The notes: a model not told the origin generated them from the letters alone. 64,000 nt of DNA from Eledone cirrhosa (GCA_964016885.1 OZ024743.1:33852001-33916000); one strand, 5' to 3'. Shown: positions 51,501 to 60,653, counted from the stretch's first letter. Numbers and translations: made by a program.

Positions 51501-54500
51501 ACACACACACGCACACACGCACACACACACACGGTGATAGATATAGATACAAGAAACATAGGGAGACAGATACACGACACCATTAGCAGAGAATATTTTC
51601 AAACATATGCTCCCTTGCTTGTACTTTACATTTGTGTTGCATGAATTCTACATTGAAAAATGTTTGAATATTTTTGACAGAGTATAACTTTTGTGTGTGA
51701 CAGACCAGACAGAGACAACCCCCCCCCCCCAAAAAAAAAAGAATTGCACAGTATATTATACATTTTGGTTGTTTTTTTTAGACGCTAATGCAGCCTTGAA
51801 GGAATTCCTATTGGCAAGAAACCCGAAACAACAACACTCTTGCACTTTAGAGTCATTTTTAATTAAACCGATCCAGCGAATTTTGAAATATCCACTTTTA
51901 TTACAACAGCTGTGCCAACTGACTGATCCAGAGACAGACGAACATTACCATCTCTCAGGTAATTATAACATTTACACTCTTTCTTTACCATATTTCTATT
52001 GGAAAACATTAGTTTTGAATTACCATATTCTATTATAAAACACTGTATCAATTTTGAAAACAATCAAGAATCTGGAGGAATTTAACCCTTTCTTTACCAT
52101 ATTTCTTATTAAATATTTATTTCAATTAATTACTGAAGAATTTTAAGTGATTCACTCAAATTAATTATTTCATTACTTAACATATGGTTCTGATATAAAA
52201 TTATGTTGGAAGATTTTAATATAAATAGGAACACTTTAAAATGAGTGTTTTGTTTTCTAGAACCAGAGTTGTTTTGGGGTGGGTTGGTATCAAAAGTGTT
52301 AATAAAATAACTAACCTTTTCATTATCAAACCAATGTTTATAACATAACAAGTAGAACACTTCTTACATATATATTGATGCCTGAAGGTTTTGATTTAAA
52401 TATGAACACTTTATGTATCATTGGGATTGTATTTAGAAAGAGGTTAAAGCACTCTTTAGCTGAATTCATTTACAAAGCTAGAATTATGCAGTCATATAAT
52501 AATGAAATAATGAAAATTATTGTGTACAGTGCTCAGGTGCACTACACCTCATCAAAGGTACATGTATAGTACAAAGGTGCAAATAATGTACAAATTTCAA
52601 TATCTATTTCTTTATGTTGCCACATTAGATATTTTGTTTCTTGAAATGCTTTATACTGAATAGTAAGATTGAAATATCAGAACAGTATAGTAAAATAGCT
52701 TTGTATATATATTTTACAACAGAGGCCCTTCGTGGAATGGAAGCTGTAGCAGAACATATCAATGAGATGCAGAAAATTTATGAGGAGTATGGTTACTCTT
52801 TCGATGAACTATCTCGTATGTACAAAGAACATCATCCACACAATAAAGTAAGTTGTTAAAATTATGAAAGTACATGTTTTAACATTTAGTGATTCATATT
52901 TCTAACAAAGGATATACTATCATTGTGTATTAATTATAAAAACTGTTCAGAATTATGAGGTGTTTAATGAAATAACATCAACCTAATAATGGTTCCTAAA
53001 TTAGGAGCAAGCCCAGAAATCTTTGGAGGCGGAATGAGTTAATTACATCATCCCAGTACTTGACTGTTAATTTATTTTATTGAGCTCTGGAAATGTGAAT
53101 GTCAACTGTGGTGGGATTTGAACACACAATGTAAAGGGCTGTAACTGAATGCTGTGTGGCATTTTGTTTGACGTGCTAATGATTCTGCTAATCTACCACT
53201 CTAATTTCTAATTTGGTAATAAAAAAAAAAGCAAGTATTTAATTCTTGAAATCTAATATCTCTCATGTAATAAGATATCAGCCCAAGATTTAAATTGAAG
53301 TTTTGACAGTTTATTAAAGGTGGTTTCCAATGGGATGATTTTTAACCCTTTAGCATATAAATTGGCTATATCCGGCCAGAATTCTCTCACCTTCTTCTGT
53401 TCAAACCAGCTGTAACCAGCCACTCATACTGATGTTAAGGTATTGTTCTCAAAATAATTAATATCAAAATCTAATAGATTCAATATTATGTGAGATTATT
53501 ATGTGAGATAAAGTGTTTAGTGTGAAAATATAATAGTAAATATAGAGTAATGTTAATACTAAAGAGTTAAAGTGTTAATTACCATTAACTGTATAAAAGT
53601 TGCATTTAAAGCAATTATCTTTCTGGCCACTTGATAGTGCTCTCTACTTCTCCCATCCTTGGAAAGTATGGCAGGATGGGGGAAGTAGAGAGCACTATCA
53701 AGTGGCCAGGAGAGATGATAGGCGACAAGTGTACCTTGCAAAAATGGTAGCAGAGGATAGAAAGTTCAAGCATGTTCTGCAACGTGAGGACCAAAAACGT
53801 GAGGTGTTCAGGATTGCTAGACAATGTGTCAAGGAAAACCGTGATATTGTCGGAGAGAAGTGTGTCCGTAATGATAACAGTGTACTTGCGCTCACTGATA
53901 CTGATAAGAAGATAGCCTGGAAGTGTCACTACGAGAGACTATTAAATGAGGAGAATAAATGGGAAAAAGATAGTCTGCCCCAAATCGATCCAATAGAAGG
54001 ACCAGCAGTGCAAGTTAAAGGTAGTATAATAAGTAAGACAATCAAAGATATGAAGACAGGCAAGGCAGCTGGGCCTTCGGAGATAGTTGCTGAGATGTTG
54101 AAGGCATCTGGTATGGTGGGACACACTATGGTCACCCGTATAGTTAACCAAGTAATACAGAATGGGATCATATCGAAAGACTGACATGGCAGCATCATCA
54201 TTAACTGCTACAAGGGTAAAGGGGATGCTCTATAGAGGTATTAAGTTAGTTGACCAGGTAATGAAGGTCACAGAAAGAGTTATAGCGCAACTAATCAGAG
54301 AGCGAATTGATCTAGATGAAATGCAGTTTGGTTTTGTGTCAGGTAAAAGTACCACAGACGCTCTTTTCCTTGTACGACAACTACAGGAGAAGTACCTAGC
54401 TAAAAGTAAACCCCCTCTACTTAGCTTTTGTAGACCTGGAGAAAGCTTTTGACAGAGTCACCTGCTCCATTATCTGGTGGGCTCTTAGAAAACTAGGTGT

Positions 54501-57500
54501 AGCTGAATGGCTTGTGAGAGCTATACAAGCTATGTGAAGAATTTAGTGTAGAAGTTGGCGTTCATCAAGGCTCTGTCCTTAGCCCCCTCTTATTTATTAT
54601 TGCCCCTCAGGCTATAACAGAGGAGTTCAAGACTGGCTGCCCATGGGAACTCCTATACGCAGATGATCTAACTCTCATAGCTGAATCTATAGCTGAACTA
54701 GAGAAGAAATTCGAAACATGGAAGCATGGCCTAGAATCAAAAGGCCTTAAAGTTAACTTGTCTAAGACTAAAGTTCTAGTTTGTAGAAAGGAAAATAGGA
54801 CACATGTGCACTCAGGGAAATGGCCATGCTCAGTGTGTAGGAAAGGAGTAGGCAGAAATTCCATTTTATGTCCCAAGTGCAAAGTATGGGTACATAAAAG
54901 ATGTAGTGGGATCACAGGTAAACTATCTAAGAACGTAGACTTTATATGTGGCCAATGCTCAGGTGCAATAAGTAGCAAGTGTCCAAAGGATACTAGCTCC
55001 TTCCATTGCCCAGATGGTTCTATAGAAATAGTAGACACTTTCCGTTACCTGGGTGACAAGATCAGCAGTGGTGGAGGGTGCTCTGAAAGTACAATAGCCA
55101 GAGTCAGAACGGGATGGAAAAAGTTCAGAGAGCTTATACCGCTGTTGGCCACAAAAGCTTTCTCTCTAAAAATGAAAAGCAGATTGTATGATGCCTGTAT
55201 ACAAACAGCAATGCTACATGGCAGTGAGACATGGGCATTATGTGCAGAGGACCTGCGTAGACTGGAAAGGAACGAAGCATGCATGCTCCGTTGGATGTGT
55301 AATAGTAATATACGTGAACGGCAAAGCATAAATGAACTAAGTGAGAAATTAGGAATAAGAGGGATCAGATGCTGTTTACTTGAGAGAAGACTACGTTGGT
55401 ATGGTCACGTGATGCGCATGAAAGACGACAGCTGTATAAAAAAGTGCAGGGCGATCAAAATTGATGGTAGTTACGGAGTAGGTAGACCCAGAAAAACCTG
55501 GGATGATCTGATAAATTCCGACCTCACACACTTACATCTCTCTAAGACAAGGTCACTGGACCGAGAGCTTTGGCGCTACGCAGTAATACAGAAGACCCGC
55601 CTTGCCTATGTACAAAGCGAAACCTACAGTCAATAGGCACCTCTTAACCAAATATACACACCAATCTACTACCCCCTACCCTATCCTCTCACTCCCACCA
55701 ACAGCACGAGAAAATGAGATCGAGTTCGTGTAGGTGTCACGACAAAAAACACACACAGTCCACGCTGTAATGTGGTCGTGTAGGTAACACAGTAAAAAGT
55801 TCCCAGTTCTACACTGTAAATGTGGTTGGTGTTAGGAAGGGCATCCAGCCGTAGAAAACCTGCCAGATAGTCCTATATGAGCGAGACACGGTCACCCGAC
55901 CAGCCTTGCCTCAAGTGGGACAACTCCCGTCTAACCCATGCTAGCGTGGAAAACGGACGTTAAACGAAGATGATGATGATAATGTTATTCCATACCTGCC
56001 CTGGCTAACTGAACAATATTAACTAATGAGAGAGCCACTACACAGTTGTTCTATTTGCTAGGAATAGCAGTCAAGTCTGTCTACATTTACATCTTACTAT
56101 CATCATCATTTCCTTTTAGCATCAATTCTTCCATGCTTGCATGGGTTAGACAGGTCGTCCATGCCAGGGAACAATTCTGGCCATAGTTGGCCATGTCACA
56201 CTTTGCTCCAGCAAAGTGTGACATGGTTTGGTAAGGTATTTTACAGCTGGATGCCCTTCCTAACACCTACCACATTTACAGCGTGGGACTTTCTATCTTT
56301 AAATAAAAAAAAGAAAGAAGTATTGGATTATGTAGACTGAGATAAAATATATTAAATGCCAAAATGACCATGGTCAGAATGCTTTTGATCAAAAGTCTGC
56401 TAGGTTGGGGCTGATCTAGAGCTAAACAACAGGATTTTAACAGTAGAATGGAAAGACATGTAAGCTGTAGTTATAACTGGATTTCTTTCTTTCTTTTTTT
56501 TTTTTTTTTTTGGTTCTTCATTCATTCATACTTATATACATATGTATTTGTATTCATCCTGTCACATTCACTGTGCTGTACCTGGGGCTAAAACTTACAT
56601 TGGTTGAGCCCACCTCATTAAAGTAGTTTACCACTGTAAGCAACACTAGCAGTCTAAAAATTTACAACAGTTTTAAAGCTTTCGGTGCTGAATTTAGTCC
56701 CGCCAGTGGGTTTGTATAAGATAAGGGGAAACCACTCTAGGGTCTCCCTTCATTAACCCTTAAGCATTTACATTACTCTATATTTACTATTATATTTTCA
56801 GAGTAAGGCTTTTACCTCACGTAATATTGAATCTATGAGATTTTGAAATTATTTATTTTGAGAACAATACCTTAATACCAGTATGAGTGGTCAGTTACAG
56901 CTGGTTTGAACAGAAAGAAGTGAGAGAATTCTGGTTGGATACGGTTAGTTTAAATGCTGCAGGGTTAAAGTACTTCATTCCAGGATCAATAGAATTTGGG
57001 GATAAACCACTACAATTTACTGTTGTATGGTGAATACAATATATATGTAAAAATATATCCTTTAAAGAAATATAAACAAAGCTTAACTATGTTATATTAT
57101 GTGTTATAATAATTATTTCAAGTATTTTCCTGTGGTACTTTCAATGTATACACTTTTAATTGAACTTAATACTCTAGCAACATTATTTCTTTTTACTAAA
57201 GTATAATTCGGGATGAAATCTTCATATAATATATTCTATTTTCAGCCGGTAGACTTGAGTGTTGGAGAACTGCAAATGTATGGGACAGTGCAATGGTGCA
57301 ATGCTATAGACTTCCTTGGGAAGATCAAGAAAGGGACAGACCTGGAGAATGTTGTGTTCGTTTTTAAAACTGGGATTGTCTTTCTGTGCCGTGAGAGGGT
57401 GAAGAGAAAATTAAAGAAGGTAAATAATCGACTATGATTTATTAAAAATATCTATTAAAATGTTCTGGAAGTCATAGATAACAAGGGATTCTTCTCATTT

Positions 57501-59914
57501 CTTCTTACAGAATAATAACAACAGGAATGCTCCAATGTCTGAGGGCTATGACGCCATACCCCGTTTCCGCACCCTCATTCCAGTACATGAGGTGCAAGTT
57601 GTGAGCGGCTCACGGGCAGATTGTGAGAGGCACTATTGGTGGCAGCTAATCCATTCCAAGTCTGAGGTAGAAGGCCGGCCAGAGAGGCTGTACCAATTTT
57701 GCAACTGGTAAGTTGATACCAATAATATAAATTTGTTTATATGCACTAGAATGAACTAGAGTGTTAGTAATGACAACAAATTTAAGTTTATTTTAAATAT
57801 GAAAGTCAATTAATTACACTGGGGAGAATAAATGGAAATTTGCTATTGTATATACAACTTAGAATACAATGGTATTCTATGATCTTTATGGTACTTCTTA
57901 CTACTTTCTTTGCTTGATTCATTGACTTGAAACCCCTTAATTTCTATAATTGTGTATCTTAATTAACTGACAATGGCGCTACTGACAGTTGCCTGCAATG
58001 ACACTCTTCCTAGATGCTTTGACTAAGAAGACAACATGTATGAGACCAACCAAATCCAATGCTTTCAACATCTCAGTATCTATTGCTGAAGGTCATATTC
58101 CTTACCCTGTCTTTGTGTTCTCAACGCTTCACTTCAACCTGTCTGAAACAACTCTTGAAACAACAGATATAAGATAATCTGTTTTAAAATGTTCATATAT
58201 AAATTTAAAATATTACCTCATAATTTTATGTGAAAACCCTTCATTAAATCATACGACAAATTCTAGCTTGGTATACCAATTAATTTGAATCCCTTAAATT
58301 TTTTGATTATCTTAAAGATTAACTGACATCTATTTCATTTAAAATAAGGTTATGAAAGGGTTAAGTTGCTTTACACTAATTTGTTGTCAACAACTGATCA
58401 CTGTTTTCTTTCATACAAATTAGATTCTCTCTCCACCTCATTTATAATCTTTGTTCAATACCTTTTAACTGTAAACTCAGAAAATATATTTTTCTGTTTA
58501 ATACTAAAGTATAGTATTTATTTTGGTGATTTCTGGAATATCTTGGAATTGTTAAATTTTTACTTACCATAAATGCGAAATACTTAATTGAGTAATTAAT
58601 TAAATGATCTGAATTCATTAAGAAATGTAATACAGGGAACATGTTACAAGTATGGTATCATCTGTATATAAATTTGAGTGACTTCCGTCTGTCACGCAAT
58701 GCGTGTGAATGTATGTGTGTGTAAAAGGAAGGAAGGGGATGGTGAAAAAATATAGAGCAAAATAGCGACTGGCGTTCCATTTGCTACGCTGTGTATGTGT
58801 ATGAATGTATGTGTGTATTTGTTTGTGTGCATGTATGTGTATTTGTGTGAATGTATGTCTGTGAATATGCATTTTTTAAAGTGTGTCTATGTTTGTGCGT
58901 TTATATTTATATACTCATACATATAAATGTATGCATATGTATATACATATACACGTTGAAAAAATCCTAGTATATTTATATTTTCTAGGCAATAGGTATT
59001 ATTTTAAATGAACCTGCTCACTAGAATTACAAAATATTGTAAAAAAATAATATCAAAATGATTGTGAAACATTACATATATTATTAATTCTTATGTTATT
59101 GGTGCCATATTTCTTTAAATATACTTTTATTTTTTGTGTGATACTATTTAAAATGTTTTCACTTATATTTCATCTTTTGATTTTCTTTAGCACATCTGAG
59201 GCTAAAACGGATTTCATGAAAGTTATCAGACAGACTATTAGAGACAGTGTTCGAAAAATGGCTGTGCCATCTGCACGCCAGACTGCCAAAACCAAATACA
59301 TTCCATTTGGTGGTAAGCGACTTGAGTGTCTAGGGTCAAACCCACGCACTCTCAGTAAGATGCGTGGTGGGTTAAAGGCTCCAGAGACGGAAAGACACTC
59401 TGTGGATTTTGAGGAAAACTTCAACAACTGCGAGTACGACAGCATGTTTAGGACAAGAAGCAAGACAATAGGCAACCTAAATGAGGTGGCACAAGGAGAA
59501 GACAAGAATGAGAAAATAGCTGACCAGGTACCAGCCCGACCAGCTTCATCTATTGCTAACCCTTATAGCACGGCGCCTCATGGAATGTCCAGTCGGCATT
59601 TAAGAGCCGCTGGACGAGAGCAGTCTAGTTCTAGGCCAACCTCGCCAAGGCCCACCAGTGGGTCCCCAGTTTGGAAACCACGCCAGGACCCCAGTGGCTT
59701 TGGCATTTCAGGTACAAACAAACCGGGGACGCCAACACAAGTTCTGCCCTCACATGCTGTTGCCAGTGCACTAAGCAGCTCTGAGGCTTCAACACCAACC
59801 ACATCGTCAGCATACGGAGATTACTCTGATGTTGTCTACCGGGCTGATACCCCTAGTCGGGTAATCACGCACCAGCCCTCCCATTGCATCGCCTACAAGG
59901 ACACTGAGTGCTGA
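8269..59914 (+). CDS. sif: Still life/TIAM1-TIAM2-like Rac guanine nucleotide exchange factor, 5'-partial, 12 coding exons (RBD-PDZ-DH-PH-C-tail), about 843 aa in window
   Basis: Exons 8269-8427, 10560-10740, 24820-25077, 29596-29684, 31836-31979, 33361-33555, 47117-47225, 51782-51958, 52723-52847, 57246-57419, 57511-57707, 59191-59914 all have AG/GT boundaries with matching phases (total 2532 nt, open frame). Peptides [74 protein letters not shown] and [11 protein letters not shown] match the TIAM1/sif DH domain as I recall it. Confidence 0.93.
8811..8935 (+). mobile_element. tRNA-derived SINE (family A), partial
   Basis: ggtggtgaattggcagaatc...gttcaaatttcactgaggtcaactttgcctttcatcc. Confidence 0.7.
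9142..9358 (+). mobile_element. piggyBac-type MITE family 1
   Basis: TTAACCCTTTAGCATTTA...TAAATGCTAAATGGTTAA. Confidence 0.85.
9590..9830 (+). mobile_element. MITE family 2, degenerate copy
   Basis: aaccctttcattcccaaatttct...tatcatagaaacagg resembles the 52082-52302 copy. Confidence 0.5.
10007..10351 (+). mobile_element. MITE family 1 copy interrupted by a CR1-like 3' end (about 10070-10235)
   Basis: MITE halves flank tgaaattattgtgtacagtg...tcaggaagcatgg, which matches 5178-5357. Confidence 0.75.
10560..10740 (+). CDS. sif: sif/TIAM exon: end of RBD and N-terminal half of PDZ
   Basis: cccttcag|AAA...AAAG|gtgatt; [10 protein letters not shown]...EFGFRVEAE...[15 protein letters not shown]; phase 0-1. 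Confidence 0.9.
10890..14070 (+). mobile_element. RTE-clade LINE, 5'-truncated (APE endonuclease, RT with internal PHD finger), frameshifted, (GAT)n tail
   Basis: ORFs with [40 protein letters not shown] and WYGHVMRM; tail tgatgatgatgatgatgatg at about 14051-14070. Confidence 0.95.
14466..18399 (-). mobile_element. Near-full-length RTE-clade LINE (about 3.9 kb including about 0.5 kb putative 5' UTR), disrupted by a few frameshifts and stops
   Basis: GTMNVG...CCVQETRW endonuclease start at about 17860, 553-aa RT ORF 14898-16559, (CAT)n tail at left end, probable TSD ATATCRTCATC at 14455-14465 and 18400-18410. Confidence 0.92.
18401..20075 (-). mobile_element. RTE-clade LINE, 5'-truncated, second subfamily
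   Basis: ORFs 19667-20113, 19121-19624 and 18689-19099 ([24 protein letters not shown]); catcatcacc tail at about 18403. Confidence 0.92.
20525..22979. repeat. Tandem segmental duplicate of 17004-20528 (RTE 5' part, RTE tail and flank) with indel differences
   Basis: Identical ORFs offset by 3521 nt (17120/20641, 17665/21186, 18114/21635); only a few substitutions seen. Confidence 0.95.
22735..22846 (+). mobile_element. 5'-truncated family A SINE inserted into a family B SINE, with TSD attatattcttagt
   Basis: ttcaaatcccgccgaggttgactttgcc...tagaaacaatt; the empty site is present in the duplicate copy at about 20392-20405. Confidence 0.8.
23059..24249 (-). mobile_element. Decayed mariner (Tc1/mariner) DNA transposon, about 1.2 kb
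   Basis: TA-flanked imperfect TIRs (tatgagggggttcaaaaagttccagggctagtt / aactagcctggaaactttttgataacaccttgta); ORF 23482-24066 [19 protein letters not shown]...SGRP; out-of-frame [11 protein letters not shown] near 23300-23340. Confidence 0.9.
24820..25077 (+). CDS. sif: sif/TIAM exon: C-terminal half of PDZ
   Basis: ctaacag|GG...CCAG|gtaatg; [28 protein letters not shown] (PDZ GD-x-I-x-x-NG motif); phase 1-1. Confidence 0.9.
25813..26024 (+). mobile_element. piggyBac-type MITE family 1
   Basis: TTAACCCTTTTACATTAC...TAAATGCTAAAGAGTTAA. Confidence 0.85.
26171..29290 (-). mobile_element. Near-full-length, older RTE-clade LINE (third subfamily), many disablements
   Basis: ORFs 28158-28586, 27792-28124, 26847-27779 and 26480-26794; endonuclease start ([11 protein letters not shown]) at about 29180-29220; (CAT)n tail at 26171. 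Confidence 0.9.
29596..29684 (+). CDS. sif: sif/TIAM exon: Pro/Ser-rich linker
   Basis: catag|GT...CTGAAG|gtagat; [30 protein letters not shown]; phase 1-0 bridges the neighbouring exons. Confidence 0.8.
30530..30985 (+). mobile_element. RTE LINE internal fragment (PHD region to FRELLPLF)
   Basis: aaggtctgaaagtaaacttagtcgaaactaaag...ggatggaagaaatttagagagctactccc. Confidence 0.8.
31836..31979 (+). CDS. sif: sif/TIAM exon: start of DH domain
   Basis: ttcag|AAT...GTGAAG|gtaaaa; [10 protein letters not shown]...[23 protein letters not shown]. Confidence 0.93.
32420..33040 (-). mobile_element. Expander/Rex3-like RTE LINE endonuclease fragment
   Basis: [22 protein letters not shown] and [13 protein letters not shown] motifs in ORFs 32801-33028 and 32444-32761. 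Confidence 0.8.
33361..33555 (+). CDS. sif: sif/TIAM exon: DH domain
   Basis: tgtgcag|GAC...TTTCGG|gtaagt; [14 protein letters not shown]...[20 protein letters not shown]. Confidence 0.95.
33905..34120 (+). mobile_element. tRNA-derived SINE family B (related copies at about 7650-7780, 22520-22920, 38480-38730, 45690-46010)
   Basis: A-box-like tagtggttag, B-box-like gagtttgattccc, then tgtgaccttgagcaagaaacttta core. Confidence 0.65.
35292..35482 (-). mobile_element. tRNA-derived SINE family A, full length
   Basis: Reverse complement aligns end to end with 40033-40215. Confidence 0.85.
36700..36950 (+). mobile_element. RTE 3' UTR-derived fragment with GAT tail
   Basis: ggtgtcacgacaaa...ggaagggcatccagccatagaaacc...gatgatgat. 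Confidence 0.7.
37675..37689 (+). CDS. Candidate alternative 15-nt microexon (DEELR) in the DH domain
   Basis: Polypyrimidine tract with TGC, then ctag|GATGAAGAACTCAGG|gtatgt; phase 0-0 fits the intron 33556-47116. Confidence 0.55.
38945..39150 (+). mobile_element. MITE family 2, degenerate copy
   Basis: ttaaccatttc...tggtatcaaaacggttaa termini. Confidence 0.55.
40033..40215 (+). mobile_element. Young full-length tRNA-derived SINE (family A) with 20-bp TSD
   Basis: TSD attattggttctctactatg at 40013-40032 and 40216-40235; B box gagttcaaatccc; core gttgactttgcctttcatcc...gtcgataaaataaagtacc. Confidence 0.9.
41802..43059. mobile_element. Non-autonomous pogo/Tc1-type DNA element with an internal minisatellite
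   Basis: TA-flanked TIRs taccatatatacttgaatataaactgag / ctgcttatattcgagtatatattgta; subterminal tcagcttata repeats. Confidence 0.75.
42236..42560. repeat. 29-bp minisatellite, about 11 copies (TTTGGAGGTGAATATTACACCGGTTTCAC)
   Basis: Head-to-tail units read directly, no spacers. Confidence 0.95.
43092..43292 (-). mobile_element. piggyBac-type MITE family 1 (reverse orientation)
   Basis: TTAACCCTTTAGTATTTAAACCGGCCATATCCGGCC...TAAATGCTAAAGGTTAA. Confidence 0.85.
43981..44088. repeat. (TA)n/(GA)n microsatellite (others at about 236-300, 4365-4430, 25330-25370, 44170-44232, 48182-48207, 48508-48545, 60598-60652)
   Basis: Direct reading. Confidence 0.95.
47117..47225 (+). CDS. sif: sif/TIAM exon: DH domain
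   Basis: ttacag|CGT...CCAG|gtaagt; [36 protein letters not shown]. Confidence 0.95.
47593..47752 (+). mobile_element. RTE 3' end fragment inserted at (TA)n
   Basis: ccacactgtaaacgtggttggtgttaggaagggcatcc...gatgatgatgat. Confidence 0.85.
47753..48184 (-). mobile_element. Penelope-like pseudo-LTR remnant with about 72-bp inverted arms (47902-47975 / 48113-48184)
   Basis: Inverted repeat read directly; hammerhead-like core and AATAAA on the minus strand; no coding remnant seen. Confidence 0.45.
47952..48009 (-). ncRNA. Candidate minimal type I hammerhead ribozyme (degenerate)
   Basis: Minus strand: atac-CTGATGA-tgtcaccgg...tcggtcatt-GAAA-tgttca-TA-gtat. Confidence 0.45.
48207..48507 (-). mobile_element. 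RTE 3' UTR fragment inserted in (TA)n
   Basis: atcatcatcgtttaacgtc...cccttcctaacaccaaccac...; flanked by (TA)n on both sides. Confidence 0.85.
49010..50576 (+). mobile_element. Young 5'-truncated RTE LINE with an uninterrupted RT-PHD-C-terminal frame and TSD GATTACT
   Basis: 384-aa ORF 49075-50229; TSD at 49003-49009 and 50577-50583; (GAT)n tail. Confidence 0.95.
50601..50773 (+). mobile_element. piggyBac-type MITE family 1 (internally deleted)
   Basis: TTAACCCTTTAGTATTTA...TAAATGCTAAAAGGTTAA. Confidence 0.8.
51424..51560. repeat. Near-perfect palindrome centred on (TA)n
   Basis: tatgtttcttgtatctatctatcaccatgtgtg...(TA)n...cacacacggtgatagatatagatacaagaaacata. Confidence 0.85.
51782..51958 (+). 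CDS. sif: sif/TIAM exon: DH domain
   Basis: ttttag|AC...TCAG|gtaatt; [43 protein letters not shown]. Confidence 0.95.
52082..52302 (+). mobile_element. MITE family 2 (TTAA-flanked), intact reference copy
   Basis: TTAACCCTTTCTTTACC...TGGTATCAAAAGTGTTAA; related fragments at about 32015-32185 and 45390-45550. Confidence 0.7.
52496..52595 (-). mobile_element. CR1-like LINE extreme 3' end
   Basis: tgaaaattattgtgtacagtgctcaggtgcac matches 5178-5240. Confidence 0.65.
52723..52847 (+). CDS. sif: sif/TIAM exon: end of DH domain
   Basis: caacag|AG...AATAAA|gtaagt; [24 protein letters not shown]. Confidence 0.93.
52990..53200 (-). mobile_element. Degenerate SINE family A
   Basis: cccagtacttgactg...tgggatttgaac...gattctgctaatctaccac. 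Confidence 0.55.
53342..53570 (-). mobile_element. piggyBac-type MITE family 1 (reverse orientation)
   Basis: TTAACCCTTTAGCATATAAATTGGCTATATCCGGCC...TACTAAAGAGTTAA. Confidence 0.85.
53623..55980 (+). mobile_element. 5'-truncated RTE LINE with a fold-back inversion at its 5' end (same subfamily as 14466-18399)
   Basis: ORFs 53600-54184, 54162-54452 and 54758-55636; (GAT)n tail at about 55968-55980; 37-bp inverted copy at 53623-53659. Confidence 0.93.
56100..56290 (-). mobile_element. RTE 3' UTR-derived fragment
   Basis: catcatcat...ccatgcttgcatgggttagac...gctggatgcccttcctaacacc. Confidence 0.65.
56753..56968 (+). mobile_element. piggyBac-type MITE family 1
   Basis: TTAACCCTTAAGCATTTACATTAC...TAAATGCTGCAGGGTTAA. 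Confidence 0.85.
57246..57419 (+). CDS. sif: sif/TIAM exon: C-terminal PH domain, first part
   Basis: tttcag|CCG...AAGAAG|gtaaat; [16 protein letters not shown]...[13 protein letters not shown]. Confidence 0.92.
57511..57707 (+). CDS. sif: sif/TIAM exon: C-terminal PH domain, second part
   Basis: cttacag|AAT...AACTG|gtaagt after a 91-nt intron; [13 protein letters not shown]...[21 protein letters not shown]. Confidence 0.92.
59191..59914 (+). CDS. sif: sif/TIAM terminal coding exon: PH end and low-complexity tail ending KDTEC*
   Basis: ctttag|C ACA TCT GAG GCT AAA ACG GAT TTC ATG AAA GTT ATC AGA; phase 2 matches the previous exon; YIPFGGKRL motif; TGA at 59912-59914. Confidence 0.9.
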
Positions 59915-60595
59915 GCCAGAAGAATGGGAATTGATAAATATATTAATTAACCATAGTAACACATCTTTAACATCATTGGGAAATTAAAACAAGTAAAAGT
60001 AATTAATTTCCCTAGAATAATGCGGGGTTTTTTCAGTATTTGTAGGAAAGAGATGAAAAATGGACAACAAAATCTGAGAAGCAAAAAAACAAAAACAAAA
60101 AAAAGAATGAAAAAACCCCCAAAGACTGTGTGTTTCTTCTGAGTCATGTTTTCAATGTACTCCACGACTGATGAACACTGGGAGTTGCTGGAGCAAAGTA
60201 TTCTCTCTCTCTATATATATCTCTCATCTGCCATCACATAAATGTACATACACACATTCACATGTGAGTATATGTGTGTGTTAACAAGATGAGCCATCAT
60301 TGTAAAGATATTTATTTATCTATTTATCTATTTATTTATTACTGTTAACTCTGTTATAATTTTCAGTGAAAGATCCCAATGAGATTAGTGATATTGTATC
60401 AATGGTGATAAAAAGTGTGTTAACCCACATGTTCTGTGATGCTAAATGCACAGATACAGATACATGCAAGGTGAACAACTCTTTTAAAATATACTTCATT
60501 CATTTAGTTTGTGGACTTTTTTTTCTTAATATAATATAATATACATAATGAAAAAGAATGTAAAATCTACTAAGTAATAAATTTAGCTAAGGTAT

Positions 60596-60653
<58 letters not shown>

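Noticed and set aside
57950-58150. Possible very old LINE RT fragment on the minus strand (TEMLKALD-like); similar vague remnants at about 1-200 and 51000-51230
   Set aside because: Only a few residues of similarity, not supportable without a profile search.
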